Of a stretch of 64,000 bases of DNA, positions 12,740 to 25,495 are shown piece by piece (the stretch's first letter is position 1; each line of letters starts with the position of its first letter). A program made the translations under genes and the position numbers. The notes below the pieces were generated by a model. The model did no database searches, was not told the DNA's origin, and saw nothing but the letters and a program-made list of their open reading frames with translations. Origin of the DNA: Sphyrna mokarran (Eukaryota); assembly GCA_024679065.1 (NCBI GenBank), contig JAGIQG010000003.1, forward strand, positions 102,486,001 to 102,550,000, written 5' to 3'.

Positions 12740-14050
12740 AAACAGCTTGAATATTCTGAAGTCTGCGAAGTCCTGCCTGTGAGGCAGTGGGAGAATTTCA
12801 CAATATATGGAGTCATGTATGTTACCCCTTCTCCTGTCCCTTACCTTGTCCCCGATGAAGAGGTGGTGGCATCCTCACCCTATGGACCCCCACATTGCCC
12901 TCTGCATGAGAAGAACAACACAAAGGCGCTGCCATGCTCCTCTGAGCCAGGTGCCTGAAAGTGACAGTGCAGCCCTTAAGGAAGCACTCCACAGATCCGT
13001 CTTTAACCTCAGGTGCCTTTTGACTCACCGGGGCCCATAGAAGCACCTCAAACATTGGTGATGAAGGCCTCCACACTCTGTCCCAACCTCTGGTGCCTGG
13101 TGTTTCGATATTGGGTGCAAACCTTTTCTGGATCTGCCCGAAAAGGTTGGTGTGGGTGCTTCAAGCTGCTGCTGCCTTCTGACCCAGGGCACTTGGAGGA
13201 GCAGACCTGTCTGTCATTGATCATGGGGGTAGGATCAAGACAGAGTCAGGACTAGCTGGTGGATCCACGCCATCGCTGCACTCAATGTAGCAGAGCGGTT
13301 GGACTTTGCAACGACTGCCTGGAGGTAGACAATAGCTCGATGGTGGGCACTGAGGAAGATCTATATGAATGCCTTTGTGACCCATTATGTTGCCCCACAT
13401 TCCCCCAGAGGAATTCTAGGATTTTCTTAAAACCAATTTTGGATCCTGTGACAAAATCCAGCTGCAGTTCCACTGCTGGTCAGATCTGACGCTTAGCATC
13501 ATCGAATCATAGAGGTATACAGCACTGAAAAAGGCCCTTTGACCCTTCACTTCTATGCCGGATAAAGGCAAACTACCTAACTATTCTAATCCCATGTTCC
13601 TGCACTTGGCCTATGGCTTTGTAGGCTTTGGCATCACAAGTGCACATCTAAATATTTCTGCTCTGGTCTGCTGGGCAACACAAACGCTCGGGTCCTGGAC
13701 TAAAACGATAAGCGTCAGTTAAACAGTCTTCTCATTGGACTCCTGAGGAAATGAGGAGCCACACATGCCTTCCCCTCACTCTCCTCGGGGCACTGATGTG
13801 TTGGTGATGACTGCACTAAGCTCTTGACATGAAGGTATTTATAGCCAACCTCAACATCAACAAGAGCAAAGAAGCACAATGCAGATTCCAGAGCTTCTAG
13901 CTGCTGGGAGTCAGGAACTATGCAGTGAGCTTCCTGCAGGAAACGCACACCTTTTTGAGGAGGAGGAGAGGAGGATATATGGTTTCTGGAATGGTAAAGG
14001 AAGTGGAGGTGTCTACATGAGTTGCTTGGTCTCAAATTCTGGCAGTCCTA
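12740..14050 (+). mobile_element. Tx1-like (L1 clade) LINE relic: ORF1 3' part plus start of ORF2 endonuclease
   Basis: ATG at 13829 gives MKVFIANLNINKSKEAQCRFQSF*LLGVRNYAVSFLQETHT (APE motifs S/NLNING, LQETH); upstream GC-rich ORF1-like sequence; 5' boundary uncertain. Confidence 0.65.
13500..13659 (-). mobile_element. CR1 3' tail inserted in the Tx1-like element
   Basis: CATAGAGGTATACAGCACTGAAAAAGGCCCTTTGACCC...AATCCCATGTTCCTGCACTTGGCC. Confidence 0.7.
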
Positions 14051-14616
14051 CCTTTCAATTTATCCCTCAATTTGATGATTTTATTTATTTGGTTAATCTA
14101 AAAGAAGCATACCTCTTAAATTTTACACTTAAATCCTTCCTGCAGTCAAGGCCGATTTGCCCATTGCCTCCTTACTTGCAGTTTTCACCTGTGGGTTAGC
14201 TCAAAATGCCGAACCGTCAAGGATGGCCAGTAACAACTGGACATTTGCACCAAAACTTTCTCCAAACAGGTAGGAAATATCTTATTTTCCATTGTTAGGA
14301 GGACAGTTTAGATCTTCACTCTCTCAGCGCTGCATTCTCACTGTTCCTTACCACTGACATAATGATTTTAACTCCCCTTGAGTACTCGTGGCATACACCC
14401 ATACTTCACATCAGGGCAGCTGCAGGAAATGCGATGACTTTGCTGAACACATTTCCAGAGGTCAGAATATGGTGAGCCTCAGGTAATGGCTTGCATGATG
14501 AGTGGCCAGCAAGCACAGTCAGAAATGACAGCCAGTGGTTAATCATGGGCATGTTGGATTATTGAGGAATCACTATGCTGATAATGTGAGAGAAGTGAAA
14601 CCATGGGATTCACTTA

Positions 14617-14735
14617 TCAGAGAGAGAATTGAGCCAACATTTCGAGTCTAGATGACCCTTTGTCAGACCTGCTGAGATTTTCCAACATTTTCTTTTTTTG
14701 TTTCAGATTCCAGCATCTGCAGTATTTTGTATCAT
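14617..14735. mobile_element. Penelope-like terminal repeat fragment with inverted segment holding a degenerate hammerhead
   Basis: Minus strand reads CTGACAA-AGGGTC-ATCTA-GACTC-GAAAT-GTT-GGCTC, joined to plus-strand tail GACCTGCTGAGATTTTCC...CAGATTCCAGCATCTGCAGTATTTTG; related to 41603 and 55250. Confidence 0.7.
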
Positions 14736-15918
14736 TATCAGGCTCTGGTACAGACAATCTACAATACACATCCTTAAAGGCCCGCAACAACTGAAGCAAT
14801 TAACAGCAAGCTGGAATCCAGGAAACTTCCAAACAGTGTGAGTGATCTTATATTTACAAGTGCCAAAACCAATGGTTGTACCACTGTGTCACCTTTGTAT
14901 CTTCAATGCTTCTTAATCTTTCATTGATTCCTGCCATGTCTATGAACAGCCCTGACAACTGCAACTGTAATGGAGACAGCCTATTGGTCAACTGCTATGC
15001 TCTGTTGATTGTAATGACTTTGGTGGGTATTTGCTTGGGGTCAGAGGACAAGTGGGCCACAACACGTTGAAGGTTTTCATGCTCAGGGACAAGAGCACCC
15101 TTGTCTGCTTGAGTTCTGGAGCCAGTTGTGTCACTGGCAGTGGAGAGGTGAAGTGGCAGAGCACCCTTGGACCTCTGGGTACCTGGATGATACTCTTCCT
15201 TCCTGAGGATAGCCAATAGCACTTCGCTGACTCTGAGAAGAAGCATATGGAGAGAAGTCGAGGTGCCCTGTTCCCTCCTTTGTCTAACCACTGTTGCATT
15301 GTACCATGGCTGGAACAATGGAGCACATCTCCAAATTCATATTCAGCAGTTGTAGTGCATTCTATTGGAACTGACTGTCCAAGATGGTCACCACCCTTTC
15401 CATGCAGGCAGCCAAGCACTCTCATTTGGGAGTCACGACTTCAGAGAGAAAATGAATAAACTCCTCCATCTGTGCATGGTCTCTGGCAATTCTGCCCGAC
15501 GTTCCTCTGCCTGTCCCTCCCAACCCCGAGATTCATTGTGCTCCACACAGATGCATAAGTAATAAATTGAATAGAGAAAGATCACACATAACCATTCATC
15601 CCAGCCCCAGCGGAAATCATTCAGCCATTTGCTCCAGCCATCCAACATCATGGAAAATTCCACTCTTTACCTTTGTGCCTATGGGCAGAAGTTACTCTTT
15701 ATTTCGACAAAATAGAGTCAACCATTTTCAGAAGTTTTAATGATGCCAGTCAAATGATAGATAAGCATGAATTTACTGTACACAATTTCATAAATTTATA
15801 CACACAGTGTTGTTGCTGCTGCACCCTCCGACTGCTCCCTGGTTACTCTCTCTTGCTTGTGGCCCTCACTATGGTTTTTTTCTTTGGTTCGTGGAGGGTA
15901 TTACTAACTGAACTGAAC

Positions 15919-16528
15919 TGGAGATGAAGTTAAGTGACAGTGCTGCAGATTCTTTTTGAGATATGCATGCAAAATATTATTTTGGAATATAATGAAATAG
16001 ACTTTGTCTTTATGTACTATTATACAAAAGACAGTGTTGAACTGGTAACCCTTTCACATCTTTCCCAATTTTTACGGATGTCAATCAAACGCACGGCAAA
16101 ATGGGCTGCCTCCAATTCTCTACTACCCATTATACATTCTCCCACAAAGATAAAATCTACCCTAATGTCTCTTCTTTTGAATATAGCAAAACTGTACAAA
16201 TAGCAAGAAAATGCTTACTGTAGTATTATAGGCCAGGGCACTAAGGAATTCCAAAATCTTCTTTGAATTGTGTCACAAGGTCTTTCATATGCACCTGAAC
16301 CAGCACAGAGAACCTCAATGTTTTTGTGAAGAACAGGACATCCATCAAAGAAATACTCCCTCAGTATTGCTTGCAAGTCAAGCTGGATTAATATATTAGG
16401 TCAGATGTTGATGTGGAGTTGAATCCACAGCCTTCCGATTCAGAAGAATGTTACACACTGAACCAAGCTGACAAAGACGTGTGGAGACTAGGTTAAGTGA
16501 CAGTGCTGTAGATTCTTTCTAGAGATAT
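15919..16528 (+). repeat. Dispersed ~46-bp direct repeat (15919-15964 and 16482-16528)
   Basis: TGGAGATGAAGTTAAGTGACAGTGCTGCAGATTCTTTTTGAGATAT vs TGGAGACTAGGTTAAGTGACAGTGCTGTAGATTCTTTCTAGAGATAT. Confidence 0.85.
16185..16474 (-). mobile_element. SacSINE1/AmnSINE1-like DeuSINE relic
   Basis: ATACTCCCTCAGTATTGC...GTGGAGTTGAATCCACAGCCTTCCGATTCAGA...CACTGAACCAAGCTGACA matches the recalled reverse-complement head and Deu domain. Confidence 0.65.
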
Positions 16529-16913
16529 ATCATCAAAGGAAAGACATGAATAAATTTCCACATTTTTCTGTCTTACAATATAATGTTCTTACATTTAAAA
16601 GAAATACTCATGTAATAGGAAGGAACAGGGGACGACAGGTGGTGGACTAGAAACTAAAAAATTGTGGAATAAGAAAGAATGTTCTTCAATATGTTGGAAA
16701 GGTGAGAAGAGCAGTTCATACACACCATCTTAATCATATATTCTATGATTGTACCTCAAGTTATATCAAATTATTCAAATTTCATAGACAATCTTTGATG
16801 GGAAGACTGATTTTATATAAAGATTTAAAGACCAGCATTCTTCTTTTCTCCTGATGGAAGATATCATCTACTGGTACAGAGCCCAGGGTTGCTATTGTAC
16901 AAGGAAAGAGAGG

Positions 16914-17272
16914 CAGTGGGGGTAGAGTAGTGGTATTGTTGCTGGATTAGTAATCCAGAGATGCAGGGTAATGGCCTGGGAAACTGGGTTCAAATCCCAA
17001 AGTGGCAAGTGATGGAATTTGAATTCAATAAATATTCATAATTAGAATTTAATGATACCCATTGTCAATTGTTGTAAAAACCCATCTAGTTCCCTTCTTT
17101 AGGGAAGGAAATCTGTCATCCTTACCTGGCATAGCCTACATAAGACTCCAGATCCATAACATTGTGATTGACTCTTAAGTACCCTTTGAAATGGTCCAGC
17201 AAGCCACTCAGGAATTGGCAATAACTCTGGCCCAGCCAGCGATATCCAAATTCCATGAGTGAGTAAAAAAAA
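16914..17272 (+). mobile_element. tRNA-derived SINE (non-HE1) with LINE-shared tail
   Basis: GTAGTGGTATTGTTGCTGGATTAGTAATCCAGAG...GGGTTCAAATCCC (B box), TTTAGGGAAGGAAATCTGTCATCCTTACCTGG core, CCAGCCAGCGA...A-rich end. Confidence 0.8.
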
Positions 17273-19813
17273 TGAAATGGCAAGGAATTGTTTTCAATCC
17301 AGTGTACTGGCAATTATTCTTATTTATCTTCTATGTTGTTTCCTTATTTCATTTTCCTTTCCCTTTAGCAATGAGGTATAATCTTCATACATCTATCAGA
17401 TTAATACATATAGGTAGAATTGGCATCCTGACAGTCATCTACTTAATTTTGCCACAGCACTGACCTTTTTTTATGACTTCTTTCTTTCTTATGACTGCGC
17501 ATGGTAACTGATTTACTGCTTCTGTCCTGCAGTTATAACCCCAGAAAGTGATGGTTACTGCATGAATCTTCAGTTTTGTGTGGAGTTTCATCAGTTGGTT
17601 TTGTATCAGTATTTTATACACTCAGTTAGGTTCCTGGTGATAGTTTTACAAGTTGGTGAGAATACTTTCCATTAAGGACATTGATCCTCATCTAAGAGTT
17701 GCTTTTATGTGTCAGATTTATTCAGAATTTCTACATTGCTCTTATTTCAAAGTATTGAGTGATAAAGCCAACATATTTGCTCTTAATACTTTCTTCTTAT
17801 GGCTAGTAAGTGAAATTTCAAATCTGCCACTTCATATCGAATGACACCTAAGTATATAACATCTTTATATTGGTCATTTTCTATAATATTGGCTAGTAAA
17901 TCACATACAATATATGTATCTGTTGCACATCCCAATCTTTTATACCTTTGTAAATTCAGCAATAACTTTATAATTAATGTACCATCTGATGCAAAATTAA
18001 TTTGATATTGTTGAAATTAATATTTTAGGCTAAACAAATATATTGAACATAGCATCAAACCATATGTCCAAAAATGGGCAAATCAGTTAGACAAATTAGA
18101 AGATAAGTTGCTGATTGGAAAAAATATAAACCATTTTCCCTGATCAATTTACTCATTAGCTAATGGGTCCTCACATTTAATAGCAAAACAGTTATTAATA
18201 TCTTCAGCTGAGAGCAAATCATCAGAATGCGTCAAACCTCCTATAGGTTGCTGTAACAATCAAATTGGACTTTAGTCAAACAGATTCAATGGAATTCTTT
18301 AAACCATATCAGAATCTCAATCACATAAAACAGTTAAATTGATTTAATTAATATTCATATATACAAGCATTGGAACAAAATAAAGAACATAGTCAATGAC
18401 CTAATCAAAGCAGACATTCATATTGGAGTGCCTTGTTCTTTCTAGCATTGTATTTACTCTCTTTGTCTGCATGGGTTACACCATTGGAGATCAATGTGAA
18501 AGATAGTGCACTAATGCCATCTACTGTCCTCAGAAATAATACTGAAAATAGTTACAAGAATTCTGTTTTGACAGGACCTAAGAATAGATCAAACTGCAAA
18601 TGTTTCATACCAACAACAGTATTTTCACATTCGTCACATAGATTTGAATTATTCCTTTATTTTTCTAATGTAATTTTGTGTTTCCAAATGAAATAAATCA
18701 GTGAAATGCCCAATTGGTTAAATTGTTTTACTTTCTCAAATATTTGTAATCAATTTTATTAGATTCTGATTCATTGTATGATGATTGTTTACATGTTTTG
18801 GAATTATTATTGTATTGGGTGTAGTTGCCACTCTGGCTGACCAATCTACAACTACGCCCATAATTAAAGGTATCGCTCACAAGATATTGCTGAGTGTCTC
18901 CCAGTATCTCCTTCAGATAGTTATAAAGCATTCCTGAGTGCTTGATCTTTCAGCAACAAGTAGTCATGGTCAAAACATCCTCTGGCCCTGAATTTCTCCT
19001 GATAGAGTATTTTGGTGACATCTAATGCACGTGACAGAATTGTCACAATGACAGAAATTGTGAATGAGTAAAAACTACCTATGACTTCTCCAGTTAACCA
19101 CAGTTATATTGAATTGTTCAAAGAAGACCTGTTTCTAAAATAATACAAGAAAATACACTGATCAAAATGGCTGTCACAAGTCATCTGATAGTATAAATTG
19201 ATCACTTCTCTGGAAAGTTGCCATATGAATTGCAATGCAGACCTGTTGCACCGAATTTCACATCTGGAGGGTGTCAAGGTCCACTTCAAATGGGGACTTT
19301 TTCAAACATAAAACATTAAAAATGCCAAGACTATACTTATATCAATTCTCATTCTATCAAGACAATGGGACCTGCTAACCAGCCAGTTCCCCATCAAACA
19401 CACAAAAGCCCCTATTGAGGGGTAAGATAACCCTGTCTCCTGTTGATTTTGATCTTGAAATATGACAGAAGTTTCAGACATGAAAAGATCAAAAAATGGG
19501 ATTACTTGGTCTGCAACAATAAATGTAGGACATGCTGATCAAATTACTTTCTTACAGACCAGAGTTTTATAACTGCCTTTGCCTAGCAGAATCAAGAGGA
19601 GGAATAAAAAGAAACTTGACAGTCATCTAAAAATACTGCTGCAAGTAAGCAGTAATGATTTCTCTCCTTCCTCTGCAGAAGCGAAAAGAGTGTCTTCAAG
19701 GACTTCAACCAAGTCAATTCCAGAATTCTATAGGAAACCAATTAATTTTAAATGGCTACAATGTGTCACAATCTATACTTCAACAATAACCAAATTGTAT
19801 ATTGCATTAGTTT

Positions 19814-19816
19814 TGT

Positions 19817-19862
<46 letters not shown>

Positions 19863-19866
19863 GTGT
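19814..19866. repeat. (TG)n microsatellite
   Basis: Directly visible. Confidence 0.95.
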
Positions 19867-20284
19867 AAGGTTGTGTATGTGTATTACTTTTTCCTTAGGC
19901 TCAGCAACTAATAGATCTATTCTTTCTTTGACTCAAGAGAACCCAATTTGATTGATTCTTTATTAACAAATAAATACATTTGGATTAGAAAATGCAGTTA
20001 CAAGAAAGGTAATTATTTAGGATTTGTTGGGACCAAGCAATGGGGCTGAGAAGAATAGAGCCAACTTATTTCTCCATGTCATAGCAGTGTAGATATCACA
20101 TACACATACATCATATACTTGTCTCCTCACCAACATATACAGGGTCTTTGTTCCACATGACCTACATTTATTTTTTTAAAGGATACTGCTATGCTGCTTT
20201 ACTAGAACTGGAGTTCATGAACATCTCCTTGTTTGTAATAACCAACTTTCTCTCCTTCCTCTCAGTGGGAGAATCAAAACATAG

Positions 20285-20390
20285 CACAGCTTGCCCTAAG
20301 ACCAGAAAATCCCACCCAAGGTCAATGGACCTTTGCATAGTCAATCCCTATCTCCACTTGCTATGATTCCCGTGATGGGAAAATTCTGCC
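20285..20390. mobile_element. MITE fragment
   Basis: AAAATCCCACCCAAGGTCAATGGAC...GGGAAAATTCTGCC; similar to 49968-50075. Confidence 0.4.
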
Positions 20391-20396
20391 AATAAA

Positions 20397-20900
20397 ATCA
20401 TAGAATGTTACAGAACAGGCGGAGGTCATTCAGAAGAAGCTTGGAAAGATTTAACCAATTCTTGCACTTTTCCTATTGCCCTGAAATTTTCTTCCCTTCA
20501 AGTATTTATCCAGTTATCTTTTTCTGCTGTCCTCTAGTTACCAACTCTTAATTCTGCCTCTCCTTAGTTACTTTCTCCAGCCCTTTAAGCTTCTGAACAT
20601 TTCCACTGAATCATGCCTTGACCAGTTGTAAGGAAGACAATCCTAGTATGTCCACTTGTCCCATATAACAGATTCCCCCGTTCCAAGCGCTATTCCAATT
20701 GCACCCTATCTAATTCCTTTCTGAAGTGTCGTATTGGAAATTGGATACAATACTCCAACAGGTTTAACCAGTGATTTATAAAACTTGACCTTAACTTCTT
20801 TGCTTTTATACACTATATATTTATTTAGAAAACAAGGACCTATCCCTTTTGAACAGTCTTCCCAAATTGTGCTGCTGCCTTCAAAGATTTCCATACACAA
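20397..20900 (-). mobile_element. CR1 LINE 3' fragment
   Basis: ATCATAGAATG tail; minus peptide YKSKEVKVKFYKSLVKP. Confidence 0.7.
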
Positions 20901-21159
20901 ATTTGAATGTATTTCTTCAAAATGGCACTATTTATTTGATATTACTCATTTTTACTGTCACTTTTTTATTATCATTATCCATATTGTAATGGTGAAAATT
21001 GTGGAAGAGTACATTTCAGTGAACAGAGAAAAAAGATGTTCTTATTTTACATAATTTTGTATCATCTCATCTCCCACTGGTGTGAAAAGAAGAAATTGCT
21101 GAGAAATTGACCATTGCACTTATTGCCGATTTTTGTACTGCCCTTTTCATAGCTTTTGA

Positions 21160-21596
21160 GGCCACTATACAAGGAATTGGTAAGGCTACACCTGGAGTTT
21201 AGTCCCCTTATTTGAGAAACAATGTAGTGGCAGTGGAAGCAGTTCAGAGGAGGTTCACTAGATTAATTCCAGAGGCGAGGCGTTTGTCATATGAAGAGAA
21301 ATTGAACAGTTTAGGCCAATACTCTCTAAAATTTGGAAGAATGGGGGGAGATTAAATTGAAGTATACATGATGATAAAAGATCTAGATAAAGTAGACATG
21401 GAGCCATTGCTTCCTCTGTGGGGCATTCTAGAAAAAGAGGCCATATTCTTAGGATAAGGGATAGCAAATTTAAAACGGAGTTGAGGAGAAACTACTTCTC
21501 CCATAGGGATGTGAATCTGTGGAATTTGCTACCCCAAAATGTGATGGATGCTGGGACAGTGAGTAAATTTAAGAAGGAGTTGGACAAATTTTTAAT
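21160..21596 (+). mobile_element. CR1 LINE ORF2 C-terminal fragment
   Basis: Peptide RGHILRIRDSKFKTELRRNYFSHRDVNLWNLLPQNVMDAGTVSKFKKELDKFL. Confidence 0.85.
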
Positions 21597-22249
21597 TCCT
21601 CCCCTCAACTCCATTATACAACTGTATGTTTTGTTTTCTGTCAAACTTTGAGGTGTTTTTCTACATTACAACTACTATAAAACACTAGCTGATTCTTTTA
21701 TTGTACTGCACATCCCTTTCACTCTCACCTGCTAAGTATAAGACTAAGGTCCATTTGTTCGCCGTGGCTTCTTCCTGGTGTAAATAAATCAAAGCATTTT
21801 TACTTCACCCATGCCACCTACTTTTAATCCCACTTAATCCAGTAATGGTAATGTTCCTTTTCCACCCAGTTCTAATTCAGTTGCAACCTACTTGGAAAAC
21901 AACTCTTTGTGAGATTGTTGTTATTTTGATATCAATTCCATCTCTGACCACTAGATGACTCTATTATAGTTTTAACAACTTGCGGTTCCTAAAATGACTT
22001 GCCTCTTACTGAACTCCATTTTGCGTTACATTACCATCAGGCACACAAACCTGATTAACTACCGAGGTCTGATGCGTCATTTCCTGACGTAAAATTGTTT
22101 AATGTTGGGGGGTGATTATATTCAGTATTTTAATAATACCCAAACAGTCTGCGAGGTATTCTTATTTTCAATTCTGTTCCTACATCTAATGGTGCACTAA
22201 GACAAACTTCCATTTATTGCAACAGCTATTTATTCCTGAAGCAGATCGT

Positions 22250-22478
22250 CAGAAGGTTACAGCTTGAGGGGTACCAGTCAGCATCAAGCATAGCTGACCA
22301 GCAGTCTCTCCCACTCTGAAAGACAGCCATTGGGATGTTGAAAGGATTTTGCAGGTTGACATTCAACCTGTTTGTTCGCATTATGAACACAGCTTTCTTG
22401 GCCAGCAATCTTGGGATGGAGCTTGAATCCAGATCTTCTGGCTCAGAGGCAGGGGCACCATCCATTGTGCCCTAAGAG
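22250..22478 (-). mobile_element. tRNA-derived SINE (separate family)
   Basis: GGAGCTTGAATCCAGATCTTCTGGCTCAGAGGCAGGGGCACCATCCATTGTGCC is a reverse-complement tRNA-like head with B box. Confidence 0.55.
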
Positions 22479-23532
22479 ATAAATTTAAGATATGAAGAAT
22501 TTGTAGATCAGCGGTACAATTTCCCACTTCTGCCAATAATTAATCTGAATGTTGGCACAGGATGTTTTCTCCCCCATAGATGTTTACTTCAATGAACCTG
22601 ATGACAAATTATCCCAATAAAATTCTCACTGGGGGGGGGGAATTTTTTCAAAAGAATGTAAGTGTAAAACAGGCAGGAAAATGAGAGATTTTCTCACTTT
22701 ATGTTTTAACGAGATAAGTAATGTACAATATAGAGAACATAATATGAATCTCGCCAGCAGGGGAGGGGAGTAGAGTCTTAGCTCTCCTGTGAGGCCGGCT
22801 GCTGTGCTCTAGGGGTGCCAATACTCAGACACTCCGGTCTCTCAGTATACTATGTACACACAATTTACACAGTAAACTGTAAGATCTGCTGTTCCCTCTC
22901 CCCCATCTCTGCCTACACCCTTCACAGACATTAACCAGTGTGGTGAGCATGTAAGATCTCAGATTTGAAAAGTGAAGTTTTTAAAAATTAAGTGTGATTG
23001 TGAACAAAAGAAATATCAAGGAACAAAGTACTTGGCCTTATGAAATGTAAAAATTGTCTACTATTATGCAACAGCTGTCTTAATCTGTGTGGTCAGCAGT
23101 TTCATACTGCAGTTGAAATACAATCATTAATCAAATGCCATTGATCATGTAGAATAATCACCAAATCCACTGCTGCTAATCGTCAAGGCAGAATAACTGA
23201 ATTTCTCTCTTGTATATAAAGAGGGCAGCCATATGCTTTCTGAAGTTATTTCTCTGTTGAAATGCTCCTATAATAGTCAAATTATGCAATAGGTATATGA
23301 ATATTAATCCATTTGAACCAAGAAAATCATATTCCACTAAAAAACAACTATTTAATTCCTGTGTCTAAGATGTATTACAACTTTATTAAATAACCACAGA
23401 AACTGAACAAATGTTTCCTTTTGTACAATGTCCTTAATTTTACAATTTGCAAATTTTAGAAAACTACACAAAACCAGAATTAGCATTTTTGGAAGAGAAC
23501 AGAAAGCTGAAAGGAATACTTATCACAGAAGA

Positions 23533-23812
23533 TCATAGAATCACTACCATGAAAGGAGGCCATTTGGCCCATCAAACCAACAATAATCCCACCCAGACCC
23601 ATAACCCTACCTATTTATCCTGCTATTCCCACTGATGCTAGGGTCAATTTAGCATAACCAATCAACCTAACTCGTAAATCTTTGGAGTGTGGGATGAAAT
23701 CTATGCAGACACAGAAAAATATGCAAACTCCAGACAGTGACCCAAGGCTGGAATTGAACCTGGATCCCTGGTGCTGAGGCAGCAGTGCTAACTACTATGC
23801 CACTACACTGCT
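23533..23812 (-). mobile_element. HE1-like V-SINE
   Basis: CATAGAATC tail, V-domain, GGAATTGAACCTGGATCCCTGGTGCTGAGGCAGCAGTGCTAAC head. Confidence 0.85.
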
Positions 23813-24328
23813 GGTAACCAACGAGAATGACTGGTTCTCAATGAAACACCCTCTTTGGCTATCATCCTTTCACTCTGTGCTACAAGCTCCTTCCTGAAGC
23901 CTAAAGCTCAGATGAGATTACCATGTGATGGAGTGGAAAGAATATGATCAGAATGTTTTATATATTGTTCAAACATAGCCTGATTACCAGCACTTTGTGT
24001 TGAGATAAGAATTTTATCTTGAGTACCAAAGAGAAAAGATTCTGAGACAACTCATTCTTTGTTACTTAAGACAATGTAAGGCGTAATACGTTTATTTACC
24101 ACAAATTATCAGACCACAGCATTTAAATCTATTACAAATTGCAAATTTTAAATTATTTCCCCTCATTGCATTCCAATGATCTTTCCATGAAAAACCACAT
24201 TATAAAAACAAAGTAAAAGGCAGCTGTTTGCCCTGTACTTTTTTTTGTTGTTTTATAGGCAAATTGTAGAACTGATTTTTACCAAATATAATTCAGAATA
24301 TTATTCCGCATTTATATACAAAAACATT

Positions 24329-24630
24329 TGTGGTCAAGTATCATCATTTTACAAGCAGTATAGAAACCGCTGAAAGTTAATCTGTTGTCTAGACGTGCCT
24401 TCCTGTTGGAATACCTGACATTGCTAAATTCTCTGCATCTGAGGGGTATCCCCAAGAACTGACTCCACAGCCAAACATTAGGGAACATAGCTATTTGGTA
24501 CATGTCTTACTGACTCCACACTCCAAGACCTGCAACTGCTCTCCCAGGGTGGTCTCCAGGCAGATCACGTCACACCCCGGGTCACATGACCTGTTCATTT
24601 AAAGGGGCTACATTCCCAACGTACATTACA
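24329..24630 (-). mobile_element. Probable solo LTR
   Basis: TG...CA ends, GGTCACATGACC motif, TAGACGTGCC shared in reverse with the Gypsy LTR at 54289-54300; no TSD seen. Confidence 0.4.
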
Positions 24631-24635
24631 AATGT

Positions 24636-25495
24636 AAAAGGGTTAAATTATGAAGACATGTTGCAGTGACTCAGCTTGTATTCCCTTGAGTGCAAAAGGT
24701 TACTCAGTGATCTAGTTGAGGTGTTTCAGGTGATTGAAAATTATGGTAGGCAGGCTAGATAGAGAGAAATTTATTCCTCCATATAGGAAATCCAGAGCAA
24801 TGGGACATTACCTTAAAATTAGTGCTAAGACCATTTGGGGATGTGAGGTGGGCAGAGTTCAGGAAAACGTTTTTACGCAAAAAGACTTGAAAATCTCATG
24901 AAGCTGTTGAGGCAGAGGTTTTCACAGAGGTTAAGGGACAACCTGATAAAGGTTTACAACGTTATGAGCAGCATGGACAGACTGGATAGTCAGATGCTCT
25001 TTCCTAGGGTAGAAAAGTCAAGTGCTAAGAAACTTAGGTTTTAAGATGCATGGATAAAAGTTTAGTTCTAGCATATGGTGCAATCTGATAATCTGCAAGG
25101 CAACTTTTTCACACAGGAGTTGGTGGGTGTTTGGAACGCACTGCTCAGTGGGAGAAGGTACAATAGTGGCATTTAAGGGGCATCTAGACAAATACGTGAA
25201 TAGGATGGGAATGGAAGGATACAGACTTCATAAGTGCATACAGTTTTAGTTAGGCAGGCATCATGATCTGTGTAGGCTTAGAGAGCCAAAGGGCCTGTTC
25301 TTGTGCTGTACTATTCTTTATTCTTTGAGGCTAAGTAAATTGGAAATTTAATAACAGACCAATAGATGTTTGCTAGCTAACAGTATAGTGGATACAGAAC
25401 AAAGGCAGACTGGAATTAAGATATAGATTAGCCAAGATTTAACTGAGCATGGGAGCAGGTTCGAGTGGCTGAATGGCTGATTCTTGTTCCCAAGT
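24636..25495 (+). mobile_element. Composite of two CR1 3' fragments (one nested)
   Basis: Two successive ORF2 C-terminal segments and two tails (GGGCCTGTTCTTGTGCTGTACTATTCT at ~25291; GAGCAGGTTCGAGTGGCTGAATGGCTGATTCTTGTTCC at ~25453). Confidence 0.75.

Noticed and set aside
19558-19644. Possible exon (TTTCTTACAG acceptor, GTAAGC donor)
   Set aside because: Stops in all three frames; no support as coding, and a non-coding exon cannot be shown from sequence
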